Positions 49,875 through 62,541 of a stretch of DNA of 64,000 bases are shown in pieces. Source of the stretch: Eledone cirrhosa (Eukaryota); assembly GCA_964016885.1 (NCBI GenBank), contig OZ024766.1, forward strand, positions 15,252,001 through 15,316,000, given 5' to 3'. The position numbers and the translations under genes were made by a program. The first letter of the stretch is position 1, and every line of letters starts with the position of its first letter. The notes below the pieces were generated by a model. That model saw nothing but the letters and a program-made list of their open reading frames with translations. It was not told the origin of the DNA and searched no databases.

Positions 49875-50915
49875 CAATTGTGTGAGGTCAGCTTTTATCA
49901 CCTCATCCCAGGTCTTCCTACTCTATAGCTTCCATCAATTGTGTGAAGTCAGCTTTTATCACCTCATCCCAGGTCTTCCTACTCCATAGCTTCCATCAAT
50001 TGTGTCAGGTCAGCTTTTATCACCTCATCCCAGGTCTTCCTACTCTATAGCTTCCATCAATTGTGTCAGGTTAGCTATTATCACCTCATCCCAGGTCTTC
50101 CTACTTCATAGCTTCCATCAATTGTGTCAGGTCAGCTGTTATCACCACATCCTAGGTCTTCCTACTCTATAGCTTCCATCAATTGTGTGAGCTCAACTTT
50201 TATCACCTCATCCTAGGTCTTCCTACTTCATGGCTTCCATCAATTGTGTGAAGTCAGCTTTTATCACCTCATCCCAGGTCTTCCTACTTCATAGCTTCCA
50301 TCAATTGTGTGAGGTCAGCTTTTATCACCTCAAACTAGGTCTTCCTACTTCATAGCTTCCATCAATTGTGTCAGGTCAGCTTTTTCACCTCATCCCAGGT
50401 CTTCCTACTTCATAGCTTCCATCAATTGTGTGAAGTCAGCTTTTATCACCTCAGACTAGGTCTTCCTACTCTATAGCTTCCATCAATTGTGTGAGATCAG
50501 CTTTTATCACCTCATCCCAGGTCTTCCTACTCCATAGCTTCCATCAATTGTGTGAGGTCAGCTTTTATCACCTCATCCCAGGTCTTCCTACTTCATAGCT
50601 TCCATCAATTGTGTCAGGTCACCTTTTATCACCTCATCCCAGGTCTTCCTACTTCATAGCTTCCATCAATTGTGTCAGGTCACCTTTTATCACCTCATCC
50701 TAGGTCTTCCTACTCTATAGCTTCCATCAATTGTGTGAGGTCAGCTATTATCACCTCATCCCAGGTCTTCCTACTTCATAGCTTCCATAAATTGTGTCAG
50801 GTCACCTTTTATCACCTCATCCCAGGTCTTCCTACTTCATAGCTTCCATCAATTGTGTCAGGTCACCTTTTATCACCTCATCCCAGGTCTTCCTACTTCA
50901 TAGCTTCCATCAATT
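49875..50915 (-). repeat. 61-bp tandem array (17 copies) derived from the C-terminal coding region of an RTE LINE
   Basis: The unit on the minus strand corresponds to IDGSY.VGR/KTWDEVIKADLTQ. The flank 49805-49875 continues as LHFSKTMTQDRDLWCY. Units are joined at CAATT. Confidence 0.9.
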
Positions 50916-51016
50916 TTATAAAATACTTGAAAAAAACTTAGAAAAAATGTTAATCAAAATCAAAATTTAATCCCAAAGAGAGGAAATTGGAACATTATCC
51001 ACTGAAAGTTGCTTAA

Positions 51017-51605
51017 CCCTTTAGTGTCCAAACCAGCCAAAACCGGCCAGAATTCTCTACCTCTTTCTGTTGAAACTGGCTGTAACTGGTCGCTCAGACT
51101 GATGTTAAGGTATTGTTCTCAAAATAAATACTTTCAAAATCTGATAGATTCAATATTATGTGAGATAAAGCCTTTACCATGAAAATATAATAGTATATAT
51201 AAAATAATGTGAATGCTAAAGGGTTAACCCTTTAACATTTAAACCGGCAATAACTGGCCAGAGTTCTGTCCTCTTTTTCTTTTTAAACCACCCGTAACTG
51301 GCCACTCATACTGATGTTAAAGTATTGTTCTCAATATAAATAATATCAGATTCGATATTATGTGAGGTAAAGACTTTACCATGGAAATATAATAGTATAT
51401 ATAGAGTAATGTAAATGTTATGTGAGATAAAGACATTACCATGGAAATATAATAGTATATATAGAGTAATGTAAATGTTATGTGAGATAAAGACATTACC
51501 ATGGAAATATAATAGTATATATAGAGTAATGTAAATGTTATGTGAGATAAAGACATTACCATGGAAATATAATAGTATATATAGAGTAATGTAAATGTTA
51601 AAGGG
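51017..51605. mobile_element. Two adjacent piggyBac-like MITEs sharing a TTAA; the second carries a 60-bp x4 array
   Basis: TTAA-CCCTTTAG…AAAGGG-TTAA-CCCTTTAA…AAAGGG-TTAA (51017-51223 and 51228-51605). Confidence 0.85.
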
Positions 51606-52236
51606 TTAAACCCTGAAGTAAGGACTTTTAGGTCCCGAAATATTGGACAGATAAAAGAACAACAACAAAAAAACAAAACAAAGATTACCAGGTAACTTTT
51701 ACTTTTCCTTACCTCATCTTATTGTCCATTTTGCATTGTTTAGCCTTCTATCTCTTTCAACGTTATATTTTATATAGAATGCTTCAAACAAACTACAACA
51801 TTTAATTATATATCATCATCATCATCTTCAATTAACGTCCATCTTCCACACTAGCATGGGTTAGACGGGTCCCATTTAGAGGCAAGTGTGGGCTGGATGC
51901 TTTTTTGCTGTCTTCTACACGTCCAGTGTGGGTGAGATATATATATATGTATGTATATATCATCACCATTTAGCGTCCATTTTTCCATTCTTGCATGGGA
52001 TAGACGCTCTAGCGTAACTAGCGGGGGGGGGGGGGGGGGGGCGACCCCCCCCGCCCCCCGGCTTTCCTCTCGGTCTAGGTGGGCCCCCTAGGCTATAATT
52101 CTAAACACATAACTTATTACACATGTAATTACGAATCCTTAACTACAACAACTTAAAGAAAACCCTTAATCTCTAATAAGACTAGAAGTTAAGACCAATT
52201 TCTTGTTTATTTAAAGAATATAATATTTCGGATAAA

Positions 52237-52472
52237 ATGGCAACTGCATCTAAAAAATGTGTGGAGAATATTCAGTGGAATGTTACATTTTATTTGCTTT
52301 CTCCACATCTTATTTAGTTGAGTCAGGTTTCAGTCGGGTTATGCATCTGCTTTCAAAAAGTGGAAATCGCCTTGATATAGAAAGAAGAGGTGGTTTACGA
52401 CTCTCTCTAACGGCTTTGACACCAAACATTGACAAATTAGTAGCCTTGCCTCAATCACAGGGATCTCATTAA
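52237..52472 (+). pseudogene. Internally deleted remnant of a second (Charlie/Buster-type) hAT transposase
   Basis: N-terminal-like MATASKK..EYSVE abuts C-terminal FSTSYLVESGFS..RLDI..RGGLRLSLT..PNIDKLV..QGSH*. Confidence 0.7.
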
Positions 52473-53417
52473 AAACCGATTGTTATATTCTTTGATTTGT
52501 AAATATATATAAATGATTTGATATCTAAATTCTATATTATTCTATTTGTTTGAAATGTTGTAATACATGCTTATGTTATTCTCGATACTCAGGTTTTTAA
52601 CCTAATATTTAATTAAAAGTATAATTATGCATGAGTATATACACACAAATATATATTTAGTTGGAATAAAATATAATGAACTTTCTAAAGTTGTAACTTG
52701 GTATCTGACATTCTGCTGTCCTTAAATATTCTGTCCAGAACTTTGACCTAATTGTCTTCCTCTATTGTAACACCCCTCCTCATCCTCTAACTGCTTTCCA
52801 TTGAATTTCATCTTTTATCTCCTTTTCAGCCGATGGATTTTGTTGATTTAGAAACCAGCCAATGAATACCATCGGTCAATATTCCTTTATATTTTGATAT
52901 GTTTTTTATTCTTGTAATAAAATTAGTTTTCATTCAACACTGACGATAGAGAGCGGATGGAGGTATGTTGTATTTTCTTTGTATAATTTGTAAAATATAA
53001 AATATATATATATATATCTTAATGAAAATACACATGCCAATATCTGATCCCTTGAAACGATCGTCTGTTAAAGTGTAAATCAATATTAATAGGAAGAACA
53101 TGTTCTTTGTTTAATTTTTCATTGTTTTTCAATGTCTTATTTTGACTCTGTCTTCCAATTGTTTTACATTATTAATTAACTACATGTATTTTTTATGATT
53201 TTTCCACATTTGGATTACATTGAGTTCTCTATACGGATTCGACACTACCGTTTACTCCGGTAGATTAATCTGTTATATATATATATATATTTCCTGGACT
53301 TTTGCTCTATGTTTTGTTTTTCGTCGATTATTTGACGTGTTTTACATTCTTCGGTGTTGAATATCAAATCAAGCGAATTGCATTATTCCAACTGTGTCAA
53401 TATAGTGCTCATTAAGA

Positions 53418-56135
53418 ATGTTGCCTAAAAAAAATTACAAGACTGGAGCAACAAAGAGGAAAGAAGCTAGACAAGCTGCCAGGGAAGAATCTGCAAAGAA
53501 ATGTCATCTAATCACAAGTTTTCTGAAAAGTCAACAGTCTTCGTCAACAAGTAGTGACGCATCCCAAACCAATGTAACTGCCGGAATTTCCGGCGAGTCG
53601 GTCTGGTCAGATGAACTGGAGAAACAGAAAAGCACTGGAGAGTCGCGAGAACCTGACGTCGAAGATGCCTCAGGTCCATCGACTATCTCAACAACCGTCG
53701 TAGTCACTGAAGATATAGTTCCAAATGGGGATCCAAACTCAATAGAGGGAAAAATGGCTGTATCGGAATCTGAAAATGAAAATGATTCAGAGGAAACTAC
53801 ATCGGCAAAACAAATCCCAGAGCATGGGCCAGTAGAGTGCATGTTGAATTTACAAGAGAAGTATCCAAGCGACCCGAAACATTTCGAAGACAGACCATTG
53901 ACGACACCTCTAATTCGTGCCCTCATGACTTTTGGTCCTTGTCAGCCAGGATTGAAAGATCATTTTGCTGATTTCCCTCTCGACTCGAACCACAGAAAAT
54001 TCAACATCAGTTGGTACAAGAGAAAGTGTGCTGGAATCCATGAAGTTGACCGACACTGGTTAGTATACTCTCCTGAATCCAACAGACTATATTGCTTTTG
54101 TTGTTGGCTGTTTGCTGATAAAAATGCCGAATCTTACTCGAAGACTTGGGGTAATCCAGAGTGTGGGATGGCAAACTTCAAAAAGGGAATCGAAAAAATT
54201 GCCAATCATGAGAAAAGTACCATTCACATCAATGCACAAAAGCAATACTTCATGACAAAATATCGTTTGGACGCAAATAAAACGGTGATCGATAACCTCA
54301 TCCATGAAGAGAAGCGAATTGAACGAAATCGCCAGATATTGGGGCGATTGCTTGATTGTACGTTATTTCTCACAAAACAAGGCTTGGCCTTCAGAGGTCA
54401 CAGGGAATATGCTGGACTTGGCGCCAAATCAGAAAATGAAGGAAACTTTATTGAATTGTTGAAATTGATAGCCAAGTGTGATACGATCTTGGAAAGCCAT
54501 TTCTTCTCACCTGGGCACACTAAAAGACAGCCTATGTACTTAAGTCCAAAATTACAAAACGAATTCATAGAATGCCTGGCGAACGAATGTACTCAACAAA
54601 TAATCACGGAAGTGAAAGCGGCAAAATACTATTCAGTCATTGTCGATTCCACAATAGACATTTCGCATCAGGATCAATGCTCTGTGTCACTCCGATATGT
54701 ATCGAAAAGTGGCCACGCACAGGAGCGTTTCCTGTCATTTTGTGAACTAAAATCAGCAGCCGCTGAATCATTTTTCAATACGCTTGTGAAAGTTCTTTTC
54801 CAGGATCTTTCTTTGGATGCTCAATATATTAGAGGACAAGCTTACGACGGAGCGTCAAATATGTCCGGCCATATTTCTGGGCTTCAGGCTAGAGTTAAAG
54901 AGGGATGCTCTTCGAAAGCTGTTTACGTCCATTGTTGTGCTCATAACCTGAACCTGGTGTTAATCGATGCTAGCCAATCGTCAATGGATGGTAAATTATT
55001 TTTTGGTACATTGGAGAGCCTGTATGTTTTCTTAACATCAAGCTTGCCAAGGCTGAAAATCCTCGAAGAAGAACAAGAAAAACTATTGATTTCAACGGTA
55101 TTAACATTAAAACGACTCTCAGATACCCGCTGGTTTAGTCACATTCAGGCTGTAGAGGCTACCATTAACAACTTACCGGCAGTAATGAGTGCACTAGAGA
55201 GGATAGTAAGTGGGGATGTTCGCAACACTGCTCCGAAAGTATTAGCTGAGGCCAGAGGTTTGCTACTAAATGTGAGCAAGTTTGAATTCATTTTCATGTT
55301 GAAGTTTTTTCAGAATTTACTTAAAAAGCTGCATTCTGTTTCACAATATTTGCAGAAGGAGGCTATCGACTTATATTCCGCGGACGTCATGATTAAAAAT
55401 GTAGTAAAAGAAATTGAAGAAATCCGCTCAAATGAATATTTTGACCGAACATTATCAGACACTAAAAATCTCGCCGAGCAATGTCAAGTTGAACCAGAGT
55501 TTACAACAGAAAAACGGAAAAGAAAAAAGAAGCGTTTTCATGACGAAAATGCCAGTGACGAACCTCATGAGACGATGAGTCAGCATTTTAAACGGGACGT
55601 TTATTTCACTATCCTAGATAGAATCATTAGTAGCTTTAACGAACGTTTTGCCGACTTGCACGGTCTAGTGAAGGATTTTTCGTGCTTGATACCGGCGCAC
55701 TTCGACGACGACGACACATGCAATAAAGAGAGAATCGATAATCTTGCGAAATTCTACGAGGGTGACATCGAAAATGACACTATCTTCGATGAATATTTAT
55801 CATTCAAAGATTTTTACAAGGAAGTGTGTTTAGATAAATCCATATCGAGTTCTGAGATCGTTCCGTTTATGATTTCTAAGGACTTAGATAGAGCCTATCT
55901 GAACGTGTTTGCCTTATACAAAATGTTCATAACTATTCCAGTTAGCTCGGCGCAGGCTGAGCGAACCTTCAGCAGGCTCAAACTGATAAAGAATTATTTG
56001 CATAGTACCATGAGTGAAGAGCGGTTGAATGCTCTGGCAATGATGTACATAGAGCGAGAACTGGCTGAAAAAATTGACTTCAGCATCGTGATTGAAAAAT
56101 TTTCTAAAGTAAAACATCGCAAATTAGAACTGTAG
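53418..56135 (+). CDS. hAT transposase, 905 aa, intact (TTF-type zinc finger, DUF4371-like region, DDE core, hAT dimerisation domain)
   Basis: WLVYS..YCFCCWLF, LAFRGHRE, GNFIELL, IVDSTID, QAYDGASNMSG, HCCAHNLNL, DTRW, SSAQAERTFSRLKLIK..RLNALA. Confidence 0.95.
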   Translation: MLPKKNYKTGATKRKEARQAAREESAKKCHLITSFLKSQQSSSTSSDASQTNVTAGISGESVWSDELEKQKSTGESREPDVEDASGPSTISTTVVVTEDIVPNGDPNSIEGKMAVSESENENDSEETTSAKQIPEHGPVECMLNLQEKYPSDPKHFEDRPLTTPLIRALMTFGPCQPGLKDHFADFPLDSNHRKFNISWYKRKCAGIHEVDRHWLVYSPESNRLYCFCCWLFADKNAESYSKTWGNPECGMANFKKGIEKIANHEKSTIHINAQKQYFMTKYRLDANKTVIDNLIHEEKRIERNRQILGRLLDCTLFLTKQGLAFRGHREYAGLGAKSENEGNFIELLKLIAKCDTILESHFFSPGHTKRQPMYLSPKLQNEFIECLANECTQQIITEVKAAKYYSVIVDSTIDISHQDQCSVSLRYVSKSGHAQERFLSFCELKSAAAESFFNTLVKVLFQDLSLDAQYIRGQAYDGASNMSGHISGLQARVKEGCSSKAVYVHCCAHNLNLVLIDASQSSMDGKLFFGTLESLYVFLTSSLPRLKILEEEQEKLLISTVLTLKRLSDTRWFSHIQAVEATINNLPAVMSALERIVSGDVRNTAPKVLAEARGLLLNVSKFEFIFMLKFFQNLLKKLHSVSQYLQKEAIDLYSADVMIKNVVKEIEEIRSNEYFDRTLSDTKNLAEQCQVEPEFTTEKRKRKKKRFHDENASDEPHETMSQHFKRDVYFTILDRIISSFNERFADLHGLVKDFSCLIPAHFDDDDTCNKERIDNLAKFYEGDIENDTIFDEYLSFKDFYKEVCLDKSISSSEIVPFMISKDLDRAYLNVFALYKMFITIPVSSAQAERTFSRLKLIKNYLHSTMSEERLNALAMMYIERELAEKIDFSIVIEKFSKVKHRKLEL

Positions 56136-57563
56136 AACAAGTGATATGCTCGAATGTGAAAGTAAAGTTTTAGATGGACGATTTGTTGCACATACGAATT
56201 TTTGTTTGTGAATAATCGATTGCAAGACTAGTTTTACTGGATATTGTTTTTTTTTCTGAAGATAGACCACCGTCTTTGCAGTTAATAAAGTTTTCACGGA
56301 ACATGCTAACTCTGTAATCTATGATGTATTCTACTCTATTATAAATTATCTATTCTAGACGCCCGTATGAACATATTTTCTTGCAGCTGATGGAAATGAG
56401 CGTATGGAATTGGTGGGCCCCCTTTAGATCGGATTTTTCCCGCCTGGCTTTAAAAGCTAGTTACGCCACTGGTTAGACGGGTCATCCACGCCAGGAGGCA
56501 AGTCTGGCCAGGGTTGGCCATGTGTCGCACCTTGCTCAGGTGAGGTCTGTAAATTTGGTGGGGTATTTTACAGCTGGATTCCCTTCCTAACATCAACCAT
56601 GTTTACAGTGTGGAACTGGATGGCTCTGTTATGAGGAGGGACAGGCCAGTTGGCTGCACTGAACTCATCTCACAGTGGAACTATAATTTAGGGGGGCCTG
56701 GTACTGGGTGGCACCACTGTGAGGAGGGGTAGCCAGTCAGCTGCTCCAAACTCATCTCACGAGGTTACCACAGTTTTGGGGACCTGTACTAGATGATCCC
56801 GCTATAGTGATGGTGTAGCTAGTTTATATGAATAAGTAAATCTGACGCAGGTATATTTCTACAGTTTACCAATGTACCGTACATACTGGCGCCAATGACG
56901 ACCAATTTTTGAAAAAAAATAATAATCAACATTCGGCCTCCAGGACATATGGTAGATATTTTGGACTTATATTAGGGAAAAAGTAATGTCTTCGATGCTA
57001 GGAAATATGGTGAAAATGTAAAATTTCCACTGTTAAATCTATCCCTGCATTTTAAGTATTCTCTATTATCTCATACTGTTACTTTCTTATAAGTCCTATA
57101 AGAATGCATTTTTTGCTAAACTGCCATAGAGCAGACCTCTGAAGTGATAGAAGGATATAATTTATAGAGCATGCTGGAATACCACTGCTTACATTGGAGA
57201 GAATTTCTCTGGACAGAATGTTGATATCTACAGTTTACCAATATAGAAATATAACATTTCCACTGTTAAATCTATCTCTGCTTCTAAAGTATTCTCTATT
57301 ATCTCATACTGTTTCTTTCTTATTTCAGAATATCAGATGACATTGGGATAAATTATTATTTTCAATCTTGGATACATCACCTCTATTTATCATCATTTGA
57401 AGACTAAAACCTTCTAAACAGAACTTATATAACACTGTTTATATAAATCTATAGTTCAATTACTGTGAAATATTTCCTCAAAACTGAGTTTATTTTCTTC
57501 ACTATAAGATGGTTTTGTATTTTAACTAAACTTGGATGAAACAGAAGTTTGTGTTATCTTCAG

Positions 57564-58550
57564 ATATTAACTGAAATCACAGTTGAGGGAAATATAGAAG
57601 AATATTTTATAAGAAATATAATATAAAAAATATTACAAGAAAAACATCTGTATATTCTGTTGAAGAAGAAATCATTATGCCAAATAAATTGACAAAGAAG
57701 ATTAAATGTGAAACACAATCTAAAGTGTTTAGTATTGCTGGTGAGATGACAAAGGTTAGAGAACAGAAGCCATATCACTGTGATATCTGTGGTATATCAT
57801 TCTCTCAAAGAGGTACCTTAACTACTCACAAACGTATACATACAGGTGATAAGCCATATCACTGTGATATCTGTGGTAAATCATTCTCTGGGAAAAGTAG
57901 CCTAACTACTCACAAATGTATACATGCAGAAGAGAAATCATAATGCATTGATATCAGTGATAAATCATTCTCTCAAATTTGTGAATTAATGAGAATACAA
58001 ATACATATCATTGTAACATCTTAGGGAAAGCATTCTCTTTGAATGTTACATTAACTACACACACACATATACATACAGCTGGGAAGCCATATCACTTTGA
58101 TATATTTGGTACATCATTCTCTAAATGTTGTGGCTTCACTAGACACTAACATCTACAGGAGAGGAACCATATCACTGTGATGTCTGTGATAAATCCTTCT
58201 GTAAATGTGGTTTCACTAGACACCAACATATACATACAGGAGAGGAACGATATCACTGTGATGTCTGTGATAAATCCTTCTCTAAATGTTGTGGTTTCAC
58301 TAGACACCAACATATACAGGAGATGAACCATATCACTGATGTCTGTGATAAATCCTTCTCTAAATGTTGTGGTTTCACTAGACACTAACATATACATACA
58401 GAAGAGGAACCATATCACTGATGTCTGTGATAAATCCTTCTCTAAATGTTGTGGTTTAATTAGACACTAACATATACAGGAGAGGAACTATATCACTGTG
58501 ATGTCTGTGGTACATCTTTCTCTTATAAAGATTACTTAATGCAACACAAT
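57564..58550 (+). pseudogene. C2H2 zinc-finger array exon; two intact fingers, then degenerate fingers
   Basis: Acceptor ttcag|atatt at ~57563; [41 protein letters not shown]; stop at 57941-57943, followed by frameshifted finger repeats up to ~58550. Confidence 0.85.
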
Positions 58551-58639
58551 TAGATAAAAACCATGTCACTCACCTAAAATAGTGCCATCAATGTTGTTAA
58601 TATTTTGAATAAACCTGTTTTACTAAGAAATTCTCCTTT

Positions 58640-59760
58640 CATTTTATGTCTGTACAAACACAGTCTTCTCTCTTACACACCACTTCAGCTCACTCTTAAA
58701 CCCAGCTTCTTCTTGAACTTGTCCAAGCTCTCCCTTTCTCTCACACTTACACAACATATCCTACAAAGCATGGTTGTTTCATATCTCTCCAGTCTACATA
58801 ACCTCTGCAGTCACAGCCCTTATTTTGTTACCATGCATCATTGCATATCACCCACATGTGTCATACAGTTGTCCTTTTGTACAGAGAGAGAGAAACCTTT
58901 TGTGGTCAACTGTTGCAGTAGCTCTCTAAACTTTTTCCATCCTATCCTTATTCTAGCTATACATCTTTCAGAGCAGCCCCCTCCACTTCTAATTAACTCA
59001 CCTAGATTGCAAAATATATTTGTCAGCATACTTTATGAAGGGTCTGTTTGGAAGTGCCTCGCCTAATAAACAATGGTGCCATAACTGGACTCAGAAACCA
59101 ATGGTCACACATACATGGTAAGTTAGCTAAGAATGTAGGTTTTACATTGGTTCACTGCGCTGCAGAAGTAAGCAGCAATCACGTTTAGGAGACAAGCTCT
59201 ATCAAATATTTAAAGGGTTCCATAGAAGCAGTTGACAGTTTCTGTTACCTGGGGTATCAAATAAGCAGTGGAGGTAGGTGTTCTGAAAGTACAGTAACAA
59301 GAGTAAGAACAAGATGGCAGAGGTTTAGGGTGTTACTACTGCTGCTAGCTACAAAAGGTTGTTTCACCAAATTGATGTGAGCATATGAACAGCAATGCTG
59401 CATTGCAGTGAGGACCTCAGAAGATTGGATAGAAATGAAGCTTGAATTCTCCGATGGATGTGTAATATTAATATACATGAAGGGGAAAGTGTTAATAAAC
59501 TGAGAGAGAACCTGGGCATGAGAGGGAAAAGATACAGTATGCAGGAGAGGAGATTGCTGTGGTATGGACATGTGATGTGTATGAAGGTAGAGATGCTGTA
59601 TAAAAGGTTGACCACTTGAAATTGATGGAAGGGGAAGACCTAGGTATGCTTGGGATGTGGAGGTAAAAACTGACCTGACACCATTGTACCTCTCAAAGGT
59701 GATGACACAGGATTGAAATCTCTGGCATTATACATTACTGCAGGAGACCTGCATTCCCAT
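58640..59760. mobile_element. Two old RTE C-terminal fragments in opposite orientations
   Basis: Minus strand SGGGCSE..RIGWKKFRELL (58838-59029); plus-strand equivalent region at 59100-59750 with WYGHV. Confidence 0.75.
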
Positions 59761-61319
59761 GTCCACAGGTTGACACAACATTTAGTGGTTTGAAGTATGC
59801 TCCAATTTTATTCCCCTTCACATCTTAACACTCCACCCCCTTACCAGCTAAGTACACCACCCTGACACACCTCTCCAATCCCCACCCTACATACACACAA
59901 CCCCACCCCCACTTTCACATCTGATACACCTCTCTTGACCAACCCATGTATACAAGTATGGAAAGCTTAACATGCTCTCCTCCAATGCTGCTGAAATGGC
60001 TAAACCCTCAGGCAACCCTGTAAGGTGGTCATGCAGGTGTCATGACAAAAGAGCACCAAGTCCTCTCTGTTAGGTAACATGACAAAAGAACACCTAACCC
60101 TCCCTGCAAGGTAGTCATGCTGATGACATGACAAATAAGCACCCAGTCCACCCTGTGAGGTAGACATGACAGAAGGCCCCTAGCCCACTCTGTAAAGTAG
60201 TCATGCTAGTGCTAGTGACAAGACTGAAGGGACCCGAAGCACCCTTCAAAGTGATCAAATTGGTGACATGACTTGACACCATTTTTTAGTTTACTTCTAA
60301 AATATCTCATTTTTATTTTACTTCTAAACTATCTCATATATTTAAAAATTACTTATTTTAAAAAATTATTATTTATTTCTTAAAAAAATTACTTTTTAAA
60401 GATTATTTAAAATTTTTTAATATTTTTTAAATATTTTTAAACATTTTAAATAGTTTAAGTACTTTTTAAGTATTTTATTTTGTTAAAAGGGTTTTTTGAG
60501 TATCTTCTGAGATTAAAAAAAATTTTTTTTTTTATTTTTCCAGAAATTTTTTCCAGAACTTTTAATATTTTAATATTTTTAATATTTTTTAATTATTTAA
60601 TATTAGAGTTATAACCAATAACTAATTCTGGCTATATATATCTTTCAACATTTATATCTTCGTCAAAATGGTCTCATACTAACTAATAAATAAACAAAGC
60701 TGGGTTTTTCAGTATCTTCCTAATTTAAAACATTAAAAACATATAAATAATCTTATTAACTCAGTTAATTTAATTACTTACACTAAATATAAACCAGTAT
60801 CCCTCATAACTTATTAAAACAATTATCTATAACATGATATAGCCATTTATCCACTCATATATCTATTCTTCTATCTATTGATTCTCCTATTTTCTACTTT
60901 ATATCTATTTATTTTCAATTTATTATTCAATGTCTTTATATATATTTATTTTTTCTATATATCTATTTTTCTATATACTTATAATAGTAAATATTATATT
61001 GTATTATATTAGAATTCTAACAATAATTAGTAAATATACGTAACATTAATATAAACGTAATACTTATTTACGTTACATGAGTTCATCCTCTATAAATGTC
61101 TTTCTTCTCTCTATCTCTCTATCTATCTCATAACAGTAATTTTTTTCTCTCTCTTTCTTCTCTTTCTTCCCTATCTTTCCCCAGCGTAATTTAAATAAAC
61201 GGTTGTTTTTTTCAATTTTTCATACATTCATTTGCATATTCACACATAACTTTGAATTACCCCTAATAAGTTTCCCCTATCCAGCGAATTTCCGACCGTT
61301 ATTTATAAAACAAATTTTG

Positions 61320-61384
61320 TATTTTATCTGATGAAAGAGCACCAAGATTGACTTGGTCGCCCTTGAAATATATATAATAAAATA
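61320..61384 (+). ncRNA. Type I hammerhead ribozyme motif (family C)
   Basis: TATTTTAT-CTGATGA-AAGaGCACCAAGattgaCTTGGTcGCcCTT-GAAA-TATATATA-ATAAAATA: 8-bp stem I, long stem II, palindromic TA stem III, AUA triplet. Confidence 0.78.
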
Positions 61385-62541
61385 AATATGCAAAAGTCTA
61401 TTTAAATTGTTGGGATACAACAAGCAAATATGTTTATAACTGATATAAAGCACTCAACAAGTATTTGGAATAAACATACGATATTAACAATCCTTTTGTA
61501 TTTTATGTACTCAATTATATTATGTACTATATTGATTTATACTTCTCCCTATATGTGAGTATATATGTATATGTGTATATTGACATACATGTACATGCGT
61601 TCTATGCATTTTTATGAATATATTGACATACATGTACATGCGTTCTATGCATTTTTATGAATATATGTCTGTCTGTATGTATGCATGCGTGACGCGTATC
61701 TACCAATTGGCTGAGGATGCACACACATGTATATATATGTATATGTAAGAATTGTGTGTGTACATGTACATGTATACCCATACAATTTGATTGCAGATAG
61801 ACATTACTAACAGCCATAAATGCATACCAGCTAATCTTATATATTTATATATATATATTAAAAACATTTTTTATAAAAAATATTTTATTTAATGACACAA
61901 AGGATGGATAACATTAAATTAAAAATTCATTTATGCTTTGTATGTATATATTATATACGTGGTTAGATATGGTGTGTATTTTGTGAGTGTGTGTGTATAT
62001 ATATATATTTATGTGTATTTTTGCGTGTGTGTACGTGTTATATGATATGTAGTTCTCTAGCAATATATAGATTTCTTAATGTTTAGATTCCAAGTTTTAA
62101 TATATTGATCTCAATTTTTAAACTAAATATCTAATCATAGTTAAACAATGATTAATTTCTCATATTATGTATGTATATTCCATTCATGATTATTAATATT
62201 TCTAATTTTATTTATTCATTTCATCTCAATTGTTAAGTTAACTTAATATGACATGACTTAATGTGTTCATTCTTTCCCCCTCTCTCTATCTCTCTATTTT
62301 TCTCTCTGTCTGGTGTTTTGATATATCTCTCTCGTTTTTCTCTCGTTTTTCTTTTTTCTTGTTTTCTTTCTTTCTTTCTCCCTTTTCTCTCTCTCCGTCC
62401 TTTTCCTTATCTGTAACACTACGACTTATTTTAAAAATACTAATATAAGTAAACAACTCCACTATCCCTGAGTCTTCCAAAAGTAACGGTTGCATTTTGT
62501 AAGGGTATGTCAATATTTATTTATAAAACTGTTATATATTG

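Larger units (their letters stand above)
52007..56471 (+). mobile_element. hAT DNA transposon (Tip100/ZMYM1-like group), inserted in an RTE 3'-tail fragment
   Basis: TIRs CTCTAGCGTAACTAGC (left) and GCTAGTTACGCCACTG (right), matching at 13/16; 8-bp TSD gatagacg/gttagacg; contains a transposase ORF. Confidence 0.9.

Noticed and set aside
60625-60670. Minus-strand ttgacga…gaaa motif
   Set aside because: C3 is missing and stems I and II do not pair convincingly.
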